Assembly (NCBI GenBank): GCA_016220005.1
Contig: JACRIV010000025.1
Location: forward strand, 1,359 to 65,358
DNA length: 64,000 nt
From: Deltaproteobacteria bacterium
Lineage (GTDB): Bacteria > Desulfobacterota > Deferrimicrobia > Deferrimicrobiales > Deferrimicrobiaceae
Reading direction: 5' to 3'
Shown here: positions 29,271 to 38,415 of the stretch, piece after piece
How the letters are laid out: each line of letters opens with the position of its first letter
Position numbering within the stretch: the stretch's first letter is position 1
Notes under the pieces: generated by a model
What the model was told of the DNA's origin: nothing
The model's input: only the letters and a program-made list of their open reading frames with translations
The model's database searches: none
Translations under genes and position numbers: made by a program

Positions 29271-30352
29271 TGACGGTCCTCTCGGTTCTCTACGAGGCGC
29301 TGCGGGGGAAGCGGCACAGGATTTCCGCCCGGGAGATTTCCCTCGCCGGCGCGCTGACCTCGGGCCTCTACGAGGTTTCCCAGGCGATGAGTACCGCGGC
29401 GGGGGACGTCCAGCACAGCCTCGATCTCATCGTCTCCGCGTCGACATCCATCCTTCGCGTGGAGCGGTGCGTCCTGCTGCTTTCGATGCCCGGCCAAGAA
29501 TACCTCGTCCCCCGGTCGGCGGCGGGAATCCCCCGCACCAGGCAGTTCGAGAAGTACCACCAGGAGGTGCACGACTCGGTCTTTTCCCAGATCCTTTCCA
29601 GCGGGGAAGGGATGATCGTTTCGGAAGGGCGGATCGGATCGGACCGGAAGCTGTTGCGGCTGATGCGCCGCCTCAACGTCCGGGGGTTTCTCGCCGCCCC
29701 GGTCAAGAGGCCTTCCGGGATGGCCGGGGTGCTGGCGGCTGCCACTCCTCTGGACGGAAGGGATCTCTCCGAGGCCGACCTGAAGCTCCTTTCGGTGATG
29801 GCCAATTTCGCCGCGGTGGCGCTCGAGAACGCCCACCTGGTCGCCCGCCTCGAGCGGAAGGCGAAGAAGCTTGCGGCGATCCTGGAAGTCAGCCGGGCGC
29901 TCGCCGAGGAGCATCACCCCTCCGTCCTCTTCCAGCTCATCGTCGATCGGGCCACGGAGCTGATGGGGGCCTCCAGCGGCTCGGTGATCCTCATCGACAG
30001 CGAGTCCGGCGTCCTGCGCATCGAGGCGGAGCGGGGACTCGGGGAGGGGGTCAAGGCGAAGATGCGGCTCCGCCTCGGCGAGGGGATCACCGGGTGGGTG
30101 GCCATGGAGGGGAAGCCCGTCCTGGTCCCCGATGTCCGCCTGGACCCCCGCTACGTGGAGGCCAACCCGAAGGTGCAGTCCGAGATGGCGGTCCCGATCA
30201 AGTGGGGCAGCGACATCGTGGGGGTGCTGAACCTCGACCACTATGAGCTGCAAGCGTTCGCGGAGGAGGACCTGGAGCTGTTGGATGCCTTCGGGAACGC
30301 GGCCGCGGTGGCCCTCAAGAACGCCAACGTCCTGGGACGCGGCCCCTCCTGA
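29267..30352 (+). CDS. Tandem GAF-domain protein (no output domain)
   Basis: 361 aa with two GAF domains. The ATG overlaps the response-regulator stop. Confidence 0.75.
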   Translation: MMTVLSVLYEALRGKRHRISAREISLAGALTSGLYEVSQAMSTAAGDVQHSLDLIVSASTSILRVERCVLLLSMPGQEYLVPRSAAGIPRTRQFEKYHQEVHDSVFSQILSSGEGMIVSEGRIGSDRKLLRLMRRLNVRGFLAAPVKRPSGMAGVLAAATPLDGRDLSEADLKLLSVMANFAAVALENAHLVARLERKAKKLAAILEVSRALAEEHHPSVLFQLIVDRATELMGASSGSVILIDSESGVLRIEAERGLGEGVKAKMRLRLGEGITGWVAMEGKPVLVPDVRLDPRYVEANPKVQSEMAVPIKWGSDIVGVLNLDHYELQAFAEEDLELLDAFGNAAAVALKNANVLGRGPS

Positions 30353-30390
30353 CGCCGCGCCCTTTCCTCTGGTTTTCCTATCGACAATAA

Positions 30391-31404
30391 TTGATAATGA
30401 CCTGTTCAAAAAATATCCCCCTGGCAAGCGACGGGGATCCAAGGTTGCCGACTACCGTTCTGATCGCCCGGCCCCTGTGGCCCGTGCTGCGCCGCGTGGC
30501 TCCGTTCCTGACGGCGGCGGGATACTGCATCGAGGAGACCTCCTCGTGGTCGCGGCTCCTTGATCCGCAGCTCCCCTGCCTGAAGCTTTCCGGCGTGCTC
30601 CTCGGCGAACACGGCAACGCCGCCGAAGAGATGCACCTCATCCGCCGGTTCCGGGAGCGCGATGGCACCGTCGGCGTCCCCGTGGTCCTGGTGGGCGGTC
30701 TTTCCGCCCTCCTGCGGGCCGACAAGTTCCGCGCGGCGGGGGCGGACGAGGTCATCTCCGCGGACATCCATCCGGAATCGCTGATGGAGAAGATCGCCCC
30801 CCTCCTCCGCTATGGCTCCCTGTACCAGTCCCTGCTTTCCGCCAACCGGGCGCTGCGCGACCAGGCGATGCTGGACGACCTGACGGGCCTGCCCAACCGC
30901 CGGCGCTTCTCCATGGACCTGGCCCGTAACGTCGAGATGGCCCGCCGCATCGGCCGGCCGCTTTCCTGCATCATTGTAGACATCGACGATTTCAAGAAGG
31001 TGAACGACGCATACGGCCATCCCGCGGGGGACGACGTGATCCGCCAGTTCGGGACGATGCTTTCGAAGGCGAAGAGGGCTTACGACACGGTCGCGAGGCT
31101 CGGGGGCGACGAGTTCGCGTGGCTCCTGGTGGACGCCGACCGGCCGCAGGCGCTCCAGGCCGCGGGCAGGGCGCACGAGATCGTCAAGGAGAGCGTCTTC
31201 GTCCTCGATCCGGGGCCGGTCCGGGTGACCGCGACCTTCGGGGTCTCCTCGGTCTTCCCGGGGGTGGATCTTTCGGCCGAGTACCTTGTGGGCAACGCGG
31301 ACCGGGCGCTATACTGGGGCAAGGAGAGCGGAAAGAACGTCATCCGGTTCTATCCGGTGAACAAGGGAAATCCGAATGCTGCGGCCGATACTCACCTATC
31401 CTGA
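30391..31404 (+). CDS. Diguanylate cyclase (GGDEF) with a degenerate N-terminal receiver-like domain
   Basis: GGDEF motif RLGGDEFAWLL and an upstream RxxD-like region. The N-terminal ~120 aa are REC-like but lack a clear phospho-acceptor Asp. Start is uncertain (30391 or TTG about 30445). Confidence 0.75.
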   Translation: MIMTCSKNIPLASDGDPRLPTTVLIARPLWPVLRRVAPFLTAAGYCIEETSSWSRLLDPQLPCLKLSGVLLGEHGNAAEEMHLIRRFRERDGTVGVPVVLVGGLSALLRADKFRAAGADEVISADIHPESLMEKIAPLLRYGSLYQSLLSANRALRDQAMLDDLTGLPNRRRFSMDLARNVEMARRIGRPLSCIIVDIDDFKKVNDAYGHPAGDDVIRQFGTMLSKAKRAYDTVARLGGDEFAWLLVDADRPQALQAAGRAHEIVKESVFVLDPGPVRVTATFGVSSVFPGVDLSAEYLVGNADRALYWGKESGKNVIRFYPVNKGNPNAAADTHLS

Positions 31405-31846
31405 TCCTTTCCTGCTGAAAAAAGCTGCCCCCGTTTCCCGGGTGGACGACAAGGTCCGGGAGCTTATCCGAGACATGTTCGAGACGATGTATGCCGCCTC
31501 CGGCGTGGGCCTTGCGGCGCCCCAGATCGGCGTCGGGAAGCGGGTGATCGTCGTGGACGTTTCCCCCGCGGAGAAGGAGAGCGCCCCGCTGGCGCTGGTC
31601 AATCCCGAGATCGTCGACCGGAAGGGGCTGGCGGAGGGGACCGAAGGGTGCCTGAGCATTCCCGGGGTGGAAGGGGTTGTCCCCCGGGCGGAGTTCGTCC
31701 TCGTCCGGGCGCTCGATCAACAGGGCGCTCCGGTGCAGATCCCGGCGCGCGGTTTCCTTGCTCGGGCCCTGCAGCATGAGATCGACCATATCGACGGGAT
31801 CCTCTTCATCGACCGGATCCCCGCCTCCGCTACTCCCGCGAGGTGA
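31376..31846 (+). CDS. def: Peptide deformylase
   Basis: 156 aa. Motifs [18 protein letters not shown] and [11 protein letters not shown]. Confidence 0.85.
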   Translation: MLRPILTYPDPFLLKKAAPVSRVDDKVRELIRDMFETMYAASGVGLAAPQIGVGKRVIVVDVSPAEKESAPLALVNPEIVDRKGLAEGTEGCLSIPGVEGVVPRAEFVLVRALDQQGAPVQIPARGFLARALQHEIDHIDGILFIDRIPASATPAR

Positions 31847-32820
31847 GGCACCCCTTCCGCGCAGTCTTCATGGGGACTCCGGCTTTCGCCGTCCCCTCGC
31901 TCTTCGCACTGGCGAAATCCGAAAGCGTCACCCTCGTCGTGACCAACCCCGACCGCCCCTCCGGCAGGGGCCAGGCAGTCACACCCCCGCCGGTGAAGGC
32001 GGAGGCTTCGCTGCTGGGGCTGCCGGTGTTCCAGCCCGAGAAGGCGAGACATCCCGAGTCCGTGGCGCGGATCGCCGCCGAGAAGCCGGACCTTATCGTC
32101 GTGGTGGCCTACGGACAGATCCTGCCCCAATCGATCCTGGACATCCCGAGGCTTTGCTGCATCAACGTCCACGCCTCCCTCCTGCCGAAGTATCGGGGGG
32201 CCGCCCCGATCAACTGGGCGATCGCCCGGGGAGAGAAGGTGACCGGCGTCACCATCATGAAGATGGACGCAGGGATGGACACGGGGCCGATGCTGCACGT
32301 CCGGGAGATCCCGATCGGGGGGGAGGACACGGCCCAGACGATGTTCCCCAAGCTTTCTCACCTCGGCGCGGAGGCGCTCTCCGAGGCGCTCCGCAAGCTC
32401 CATGCAGGGACGCTCATCGAGACGCCCCAGGACCACGCGCAGGCGACCTACGCCCCGATGCTCAAGAAAGAACACGGGCGGATCGACTGGTCCCGCCCCG
32501 CCAGGGAGGTGCGGGACCTGATCCGGGGGATGACCCCGTGGCCGTCCGCCTACACGTCCCACGGGGAGAAGGCGCTCAAGGTTCTCTCCGCCGCGGTGTG
32601 CGAAAACCGGGGGGGAGAAAGCGACCCGGCCGCCGCCCCCGGCCAACAGGCCGGTGCCCCTGGCGAGATCCTCGACGTCGCACGAGACGGGATCGTGGTC
32701 GCCTGCGGCGAAAGGGCGCTCACACTCGGGATGGTGCAGCCCGAGGGGGGCAAGGCGATGTCTTCCTGGGAATACGCCCAGGGGCGCCGCGTGAAGAAGG
32801 GGGACCGGCTATCGCGGTGA
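31843..32820 (+). CDS. fmt: Methionyl-tRNA formyltransferase
   Basis: 325 aa. The N-terminal formyltransferase domain has [18 protein letters not shown]; a C-terminal domain is present. Confidence 0.9.
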   Translation: MRHPFRAVFMGTPAFAVPSLFALAKSESVTLVVTNPDRPSGRGQAVTPPPVKAEASLLGLPVFQPEKARHPESVARIAAEKPDLIVVVAYGQILPQSILDIPRLCCINVHASLLPKYRGAAPINWAIARGEKVTGVTIMKMDAGMDTGPMLHVREIPIGGEDTAQTMFPKLSHLGAEALSEALRKLHAGTLIETPQDHAQATYAPMLKKEHGRIDWSRPAREVRDLIRGMTPWPSAYTSHGEKALKVLSAAVCENRGGESDPAAAPGQQAGAPGEILDVARDGIVVACGERALTLGMVQPEGGKAMSSWEYAQGRRVKKGDRLSR

Positions 32821-34148
32821 GGGATGAGGCGCTGCGGATCCTGTCCCGCGTGGACCGGGGGGGAGCGTATGCCGACATCCTCCTCGACCAGGCGCTCCGG
32901 AAAGGGAGCCTGCCCGACCCGCGCGACCGGGCGCTCCTCACCGAGCTTGTGATGGGGACGCTGCGGCGTCGCGAAACCCTCGACCATACTCTTTCTCCCC
33001 ACCTCTCCCGGCCGCTCACGAAGACCGACGCCGTCGTACGCAACGCCTTGCGCCTCGGCGCCTACCAGATGCTTTACACGCGCATCCCCGAGCGGGTGGC
33101 CATCTTCGAAACCGTCGCCGCGGTCAAGGGGGTCCGGGGACCGAAGCCCGCAGGCCTGGTCAACGCGGTCCTGCGGGGAGTGGCCCGGTCGGGGAGCGCG
33201 CCGCTCCTTCCCGCCGGGGAAGGGCGGGAGCGGAAGTCGGCGGAGCTGTCGGCCCCGCTCCCCCTTCTCGATGCGCTGATCCGCTCCCTGGGAGAAGAGG
33301 AAGCGGCCTCCTTCCTCGCGGCCTCCCTGGCGAAGCCCCCCTTCACCGTGCGGGCCAACCCGTTCCGCACAACGCGGGACGCGCTCCTTTCGCGGCTGTC
33401 CGAAGCCGGGATGGAGCCGGCCTCCTGCCGGTTCGCCCCGGACGGAATCGTCCTGGAAAAGCCGGGCGCGGCCCACGCCGACGCCGGTATGCGTACAGGG
33501 GAATACCTGGTGATGGACGAGGGGGCGCAGCTTATCGCCCCGCTCCTCTTACCGGCCGCGGAGGACACGGTACTCGATGCATGCGCCGCCCCGGGCGGGA
33601 AGACGACCCACCTTTCGGCCCTCTCCGGGGGCAGGGCGCGCATCGTGGCCGCGGACCTCTCTCTGGGGCGCGTGAGGATGCTGCGGGAAACCCTCGCCCG
33701 CCTGGGGGTCCCGAAGGTGACGACCGCGGTGCACGATTTTTCGGCGGCGCCGCTGCCGGGGACGGCGGAGCGGTTCCACAGGGTCCTTGTGGACGCCCCC
33801 TGCACCGGCATGGGCGTCATCCGGCGCAACCCCGACGCGAAGTGGCGGTTCGCCCCCGATGACCCCGGAAGAATGGCGGTCCTGCAGCGCGCCATCCTGC
33901 GGAACGTCTGGCCGTCGCTTGCGCGCGGCGGGCTCCTCGTCTACAGCACCTGCTCGCCGCTACGTGAGGAGAACGAGGAGGTGGTGGAGGCGTTCCGGCG
34001 GGAAACCGGCGCTGTTCTCCTCGGGAAGGAAGCCGCGGGGAACTGGCCGGGGCCCACGGACGCCTGGACGGCCGAAGGGTGCGTGCGGCTTTCTCCCCAT
34101 CGGCACGGTACCGACTACTTCTTCGCCGCGCTGCTGAGGAAGGGATAA
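32817..34148 (+). CDS. rsmB: 16S rRNA (cytosine967-C5)-methyltransferase RsmB/Sun
   Basis: GTG overlaps the fmt stop. N-terminal NusB-like domain, SAM-binding DACAAPGGKT, catalytic PCTGMG...TCS. The real gene is embedded in the spurious 823-aa track ORF 31677-34148. Confidence 0.85.
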   Translation: MRDEALRILSRVDRGGAYADILLDQALRKGSLPDPRDRALLTELVMGTLRRRETLDHTLSPHLSRPLTKTDAVVRNALRLGAYQMLYTRIPERVAIFETVAAVKGVRGPKPAGLVNAVLRGVARSGSAPLLPAGEGRERKSAELSAPLPLLDALIRSLGEEEAASFLAASLAKPPFTVRANPFRTTRDALLSRLSEAGMEPASCRFAPDGIVLEKPGAAHADAGMRTGEYLVMDEGAQLIAPLLLPAAEDTVLDACAAPGGKTTHLSALSGGRARIVAADLSLGRVRMLRETLARLGVPKVTTAVHDFSAAPLPGTAERFHRVLVDAPCTGMGVIRRNPDAKWRFAPDDPGRMAVLQRAILRNVWPSLARGGLLVYSTCSPLREENEEVVEAFRRETGAVLLGKEAAGNWPGPTDAWTAEGCVRLSPHRHGTDYFFAALLRKG

Positions 34149-34154
34149 TGCGCT

Positions 34155-34268
34155 GGGGGGGGGCACTCTGGGGGGGACACTCATTCAACTTGGTACTCGA
34201 GTTAATGAGTGTCCCCCATGGGAGTTAATGAGTGTTCCCCGTGTGGAGTTAAGGAATGTCCCCCTCTG
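34155..34268. repeat. Palindromic repeat element, copy 1: G-run + ACACTCATT / AATGAGTGTCCCCC hairpin, followed by three tandem ~21-bp GGAGTTAATGAGTGTCCCCC-like units
   Basis: The 57 bp at 34164-34220 are identical to 35042-35098. Read directly from sequence. Confidence 0.6.
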
Positions 34269-34312
34269 GCCGTGGTAGAATCGTCCGCAACCGACCAGGA
34301 GACGAGGGTCCC

Positions 34313-34978
34313 ATGGATTACTACATTGCGCCGTCGCTGCTTTCCGCCGATTTCGGCAGGCTCGCCGAGGAGGTCCGGGCGGTGGAGAAGGCGGGCGCCG
34401 ACCTGCTCCACGTAGACGTCATGGACGGGCGGTTCGTCCCCAATATCACGATCGGGCCCCCGGTGGTCGCGGCGATAAAGGGGTGCGCCGCCGTCCCGGT
34501 GGATGTCCACCTGATGATCGTCGAGCCGGAGCGGTACCTCGACGCGTTCGCCGAGGCGGGTGCGGACGTCATCACGGTCCACGCGGAGGCGGCCCCTCAC
34601 CTGCAGCGCGCGGCGGCACGCATCCGCGAGCTGGGGAAGAAGGCCGGCGTCGCGCTCAACCCGTCCACATCCCTTTCGGCGGTCGAGTGGGTGCTTTCCG
34701 ACGTCGACATGGTCCTCCTCATGACCGTGAACCCCGGTTTCGGAGGGCAGGCGTACCTGCCGGCGATGACGGGCAAGATCGAGCTTCTGCGGTCGCAGCT
34801 CTCCCGCGCCGGGCTTGCGGTCGACATCCAGGTGGACGGCGGGATCAAGGCGGACAACGTCTCCGAGGTCGTCCGGGCCGGCGCCAACGTGATCGTGTCG
34901 GGGTCCGGCATCTTCGGGACGAAGGACTACGGGAAGACGATCGCGGAGATGCGGCAGAACATCCGGCGAGCATCCTGA
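34313..34978 (+). CDS. rpe: Ribulose-phosphate 3-epimerase
   Basis: Internal ATG of ORF 34256-34978. Motifs PSLLSADF, HVDVMDGRFVPN and VDGGIK. Confidence 0.9.
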   Translation: MDYYIAPSLLSADFGRLAEEVRAVEKAGADLLHVDVMDGRFVPNITIGPPVVAAIKGCAAVPVDVHLMIVEPERYLDAFAEAGADVITVHAEAAPHLQRAAARIRELGKKAGVALNPSTSLSAVEWVLSDVDMVLLMTVNPGFGGQAYLPAMTGKIELLRSQLSRAGLAVDIQVDGGIKADNVSEVVRAGANVIVSGSGIFGTKDYGKTIAEMRQNIRRAS

Positions 34979-35020
34979 CCGAATAACGGTCGATGACGGG
35001 AGGATGCAGGCACGACAGCG

Positions 35021-35100
35021 GCGGGGACATCCTGGGGGGGACACTCTGGGGGGGACACTCATTCAACTTGGTACTCGAGTTAATGAGTGTCCCCCATGAG
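35021..35100. repeat. Palindromic repeat element, copy 2, with a tandem GGGGGGGACACTC duplication
   Basis: 35042-35098 is identical to 34164-34220. It contains the ATG at 35083 and precedes the SD GAGGAGGAG of the LUD-domain gene. Confidence 0.6.
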
Positions 35101-35754
35101 GAGGAGAAACTGGTGAACCGCGTGGAGATCGGCCTGTGGCAGCTTGAACTGCGGGCGAAGAAGTGCGTCGAGGCGCTGAAAAAGAACGGCTTCGGCGCCG
35201 CGTACCTTCCCGGCGCGGCGGAGGTGCGGGAGCGCGTGCTCGCGGAATGCGAGAAGGCGGATTCGATCGGCTTCGGGGGATCTCTCTCGATCGCGGAAAT
35301 GAAGATCTACGAGGCGCTGGCCGGATCCGGCAAGACCCTCTTCGACCACGGGAAGGTCCCTCCGCAGGAGAAGCCTGCGGCGCGGCTCGGCCAGCTCACC
35401 TGCGACCTGTTCCTCACCGGCACCAACGCCGTGACGCTCGAGGGGGTCCTCGTCAACCTGGACATGAACGGCAACCGGACGAACGCGATGACCTTCGGCC
35501 CGAAGAAGACGCTCGTGGTGGCGGGCGGCCAGAAGGTGGTCGCCGACGTGGCGGACGCGATCCGGAGGATCAAGACGTCCGTCGCGCCCCGGAACACGAA
35601 ACGGCTGAACCTCAAGACCCCCTGCGCGACGAGCGGGTTCTGCGAGGATTGCAGCTCCCCCCAGCGGATCTGCCGCGTCTACTCGATCATCGAGCGGAAG
35701 CCGCCGCACTCGGACATCACCGTGCTCCTCTGCGGCGAGCCGCTGGGACTATAA
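35083..35754 (+). CDS. LUD-domain protein (lactate utilization LutC/YkgG-like)
   Basis: Start is ATG 35083 (inside the repeat), or more likely GTG 35113, which follows the SD GAGGAGGAG. LUD fold with a C-terminal Cys cluster. Confidence 0.7.
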   Translation: MSVPHEEEKLVNRVEIGLWQLELRAKKCVEALKKNGFGAAYLPGAAEVRERVLAECEKADSIGFGGSLSIAEMKIYEALAGSGKTLFDHGKVPPQEKPAARLGQLTCDLFLTGTNAVTLEGVLVNLDMNGNRTNAMTFGPKKTLVVAGGQKVVADVADAIRRIKTSVAPRNTKRLNLKTPCATSGFCEDCSSPQRICRVYSIIERKPPHSDITVLLCGEPLGL

Positions 35755-35769
35755 CGGAGGACGCGCCTC

Positions 35770-36138
35770 GTGTCACTTTCCTTTCTCGGGTTCCTGCTCG
35801 TCGGCGTGTTCACCGGCGCCGCGTCGGGCATGTTCGGGATCGGCGGGGGGGTGTTCGTCATCCCGGCGATGGTCTATCTCTTCGGGTTCAGCCAGAAGAT
35901 GGCCACGGGGACCTCGCTGGGGATGCTCCTCCCTCCGATCGGCATCCTCGCGTTCCTTCAATTCTACAAAGCGGGGCATGTCAGCATCCCCGCCGCGCTC
36001 CTCCTCGTCGTGGGGTTCCTCGCGGGCTCCTACCTTTCCGCGGGGTACGCGGTCTCCCTCCCGGACATCCTCCTCAAGCGCCTGTTCGGCGGGGTGCTGA
36101 TCGTGATGGGGGTCATCTACATATTGACGGCCCGTTAG
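35770..36138 (+). CDS. Half-size TSUP (TauE/SafE, DUF81) family membrane transporter
   Basis: 122 aa, 4 TM. GIGGGVFVIP and G-rich repeat motifs of the TSUP 4-TM repeat unit. GTG start. Confidence 0.6.
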   Translation: MSLSFLGFLLVGVFTGAASGMFGIGGGVFVIPAMVYLFGFSQKMATGTSLGMLLPPIGILAFLQFYKAGHVSIPAALLLVVGFLAGSYLSAGYAVSLPDILLKRLFGGVLIVMGVIYILTAR

Positions 36139-36165
36139 CGCCGTTGGTAGCATATCTCTTTCCGT

Positions 36166-36242
36166 CGGGATGTGGCTCAGCCTGGTAGAGCACCTGGTTC
36201 GGGACCAGGGGGTCGCTGGTTCAAATCCAGTCATCCCGACCA
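36166..36242 (+). tRNA. tRNA-Pro (anticodon CGG)
   Basis: Cloverleaf read from sequence: acceptor CGGGATG/CATCCCG, D-arm GCTC-AGCCTGGTA-GAGC, anticodon stem CCTGG/CCAGG with loop TTCGGGA, T-arm GCTGG-TTCAAAT-CCAGT, encoded CCA. Confidence 0.9.
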
Positions 36243-36251
36243 TGAAAATCA

Positions 36252-36288
36252 AAGGGGCTGCGGACCTCCGGTTCGCACCCCTTTTTTC
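36252..36288 (+). terminator. Probable rho-independent terminator downstream of tRNA-Pro
   Basis: Stem AAGGGG(C)TGC / GCACCCCTT with one bulge, 13-nt loop, then a TTTTTT run. Confidence 0.4.
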
Positions 36289-36382
36289 CTGTGTCCTCTT
36301 CCCCGAGAACCTCCGCAATCGCCGAGTAATCTAATAAGAACCAGGCGTGATGGCGCGCTCGCGTTTCATGGAGGGGTGGACC

Positions 36383-36958
36383 ATGAAGAAGATCCTCAAT
36401 GGCATCGACGTCAACCAGTTGAACGAAACGATCGAAAAGATCAAGGCGGATCCGGGGCTCGCCCGTTTCACGTTCCGGGCGGAGACAACGTGGGTCAACG
36501 GCGCGCAATGCCGGACGAAGATCCAGGGTTTTTCCGGGGCGGGGAGCGAGGACACGTCCCGGAGCCGACCTTTTCTTCTTGCGAGCGATGAACCGACTGT
36601 GCTACTGGGGAGCGACACGGGACCCAATGCGGTGGAAATGATCCTGACGGGCCTGGGCTCCTGCCTGGCGGTGGGGTTTGCGTACCACGCCGCCGCCGCG
36701 GGAATCCGGGTGGAGTCGCTGGACCTGGAGATGGAGGGCGATATCGACCTCCAGGGCTTCCTGGGGATTTCCGACAAAGTCCGTCCGGGGTACCAGGACA
36801 TCCGGCTCAGTTGCAGGGTGAAGAGCGATGCTCCGCGGGAGCGGGTCATGGAGCTATTGGAGCACGTCCGGCGGACCTCTCCCGTCATGGACATCGTTCG
36901 CAACGCCGTGCCCGTCACCGTGAAGATCGAAAGGAAGGAGTCCGAGAAGGCCGCGTAA
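36383..36958 (+). CDS. OsmC/Ohr-family peroxiredoxin
   Basis: Internal ATG of ORF 36347-36958. OsmC fold with conserved Cys residues (GLGSCLAV, LSCRVKS). Confidence 0.8.
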   Translation: MKKILNGIDVNQLNETIEKIKADPGLARFTFRAETTWVNGAQCRTKIQGFSGAGSEDTSRSRPFLLASDEPTVLLGSDTGPNAVEMILTGLGSCLAVGFAYHAAAAGIRVESLDLEMEGDIDLQGFLGISDKVRPGYQDIRLSCRVKSDAPRERVMELLEHVRRTSPVMDIVRNAVPVTVKIERKESEKAA

Positions 36959-37055
36959 ATCGTCCGGAACATGGGAATGGGCGCGCCAGACCGCCTGGTT
37001 TCGGGTTGCGCGATTTTTTGATTCAGAAGCGGTGCAAAACCTCCGCGATGCTGTT

Positions 37056-37568
37056 CTAAAGATATTTTTCGATGGACGGGGGGAGGGCGTTGTCCCGGTA
37101 GACGACCTTCCCTTCCCTGTCGATGAGGATGTATGTGGGGATCCCCACGATGCCGTAGATCCGCGAGATCCGCCCTTCCGTGTCCAGCAGTACGGTGTAC
37201 GGGATCTCCTTCGCCGCGGCGAAGGACGCCACTTTCCCCCTGCTCTCCTTCCAATCGACGGCCAGGATCTTGAGCCTCCCGGACAGGGGACCGGAATGGA
37301 GCGCCTTGAGATCGAGGATCGTCGCGTTGCAATGGGGGCACCAGGTCGCCCAGAAGGCGAGGAGAACGGCCTTCTTTCCGACGTACCGGTTCAGGGAAAC
37401 CTGTTCCCCGGCCGGCGTCTCCAGGGTGAAATCGGTCCATCCGCCGGGAGTGACTGCGACGGATGGCGCGCCCGAAGTGGAGATCGCTCGAGGCAACATG
37501 GCCAGGCCCGCCACCCCCGCCACCCCCACGATGAGAGCGGCCACCCCCGTTTTCGGCAAACGCTTCAT
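37056..37568 (-). CDS. TlpA/ResA-like periplasmic thiol:disulfide oxidoreductase (thioredoxin fold)
   Basis: 170 aa, signal peptide, WCPHC active site. Confidence 0.8.
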   Translation of the reverse strand: MKRLPKTGVAALIVGVAGVAGLAMLPRAISTSGAPSVAVTPGGWTDFTLETPAGEQVSLNRYVGKKAVLLAFWATWCPHCNATILDLKALHSGPLSGRLKILAVDWKESRGKVASFAAAKEIPYTVLLDTEGRISRIYGIVGIPTYILIDREGKVVYRDNALPPSIEKYL

Positions 37569-37581
37569 GAAAGGTCCCCCT

Positions 37582-38292
37582 TCAGGCCAGCAGTTTCCCC
37601 GCCTCGATGAACAGGTATTCGGCCACGAGCAGCAGGAGGAAACCGAATCCCTTCTTGACCCGATCGGCCCACTTGCCTGTTTTCGCCAGCCCGGCGACCA
37701 GTCCCGTGAACGTCCCGATCAGAAGGATGAGAAAGCCCAGCCCCAGGGCGAACACGAAGAGCAGGGACGTCCCGAAGAGGACGTTCTGCCTCGATCCGAC
37801 GTAGAGGAGGAGGGCGCCCAGCACGGGCGCCGTGCACGGCCCCACGATGAGCCCGGAAATCATGCCGACCGCGAAAGCGCCCAGGAACCCCGGCGGCTTC
37901 CGGACCGGCCCGCCGCCTGTCTGGAAGGACGGCAGCGGAAGCCGGACGAGGTCGAACAGCGAGAGCCCCAGGAGAAGGCATACATTCCCGGCGATGAAAT
38001 AGGAGGCGGGACTCGAACCGACCTCGCCGAAGATCTTGCCCGTCAGGGCGGCGACGCTACCCAGCGCAGCGTACATGACCGCCATTCCGAGGACGTACGA
38101 AAGGCTCAGGAAAAAACCCCGAGCCCGCGATCCCTGGCTCCTGCTCCCGATGAAGCCCACCGTCACGGGGATGACCGGGTAGACGCAAGGCGTGAAACTC
38201 GTCAGGATCCCCCCGAGGAACACGGCGAAGTAGGCGACAGCCGAGCCCGACTGCAGGTATCCCCCCAGCGAATTCAGCAGCTCATGGAACAA
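37582..38292 (-). CDS. ccdA: Cytochrome c biogenesis thiol-disulfide transporter CcdA (DsbD beta-domain family)
   Basis: 236 aa, 6 TM, with the two conserved Cys residues (TPCVYPVIP and GPCTAPVLG). Confidence 0.8.
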   Translation of the reverse strand: MFHELLNSLGGYLQSGSAVAYFAVFLGGILTSFTPCVYPVIPVTVGFIGSRSQGSRARGFFLSLSYVLGMAVMYAALGSVAALTGKIFGEVGSSPASYFIAGNVCLLLGLSLFDLVRLPLPSFQTGGGPVRKPPGFLGAFAVGMISGLIVGPCTAPVLGALLLYVGSRQNVLFGTSLLFVFALGLGFLILLIGTFTGLVAGLAKTGKWADRVKKGFGFLLLLVAEYLFIEAGKLLA

Positions 38293-38415
38293 CGGGCGGT
38301 TTCCCCCCCCTTTTTATTATTGATAATGGATTGTAGTAAACAAAATTATTCTAACGTGAATCAGTATCAAGGGGAATCGGTCGGCCATTTCCAGCCGCCG
38401 CCATCCCCAAAGGCC

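Noticed and set aside
31677-32816. N-terminal 380 codons of track ORF 31677-34148 (823 aa).
   Set aside because: It overlaps def and fmt in another frame. The genuine rsmB starts at GTG 32817.
34209-35066. Small ORFs (MSPMGVNECSPCGVKECPP..., MNECPPQSVPP..., MSVPPRV...) generated inside the GGGGGACAC/GAGTGTCCCCC repeats.
   Set aside because: The same peptides recur in every repeat copy on both strands. They are by-products of the palindromic repeat, not genes.
36172-36591. 139-aa ORF starting inside tRNA-Pro and running through the tRNA terminator.
   Set aside because: It overlaps a well-formed tRNA and has low-complexity translation. Spurious.
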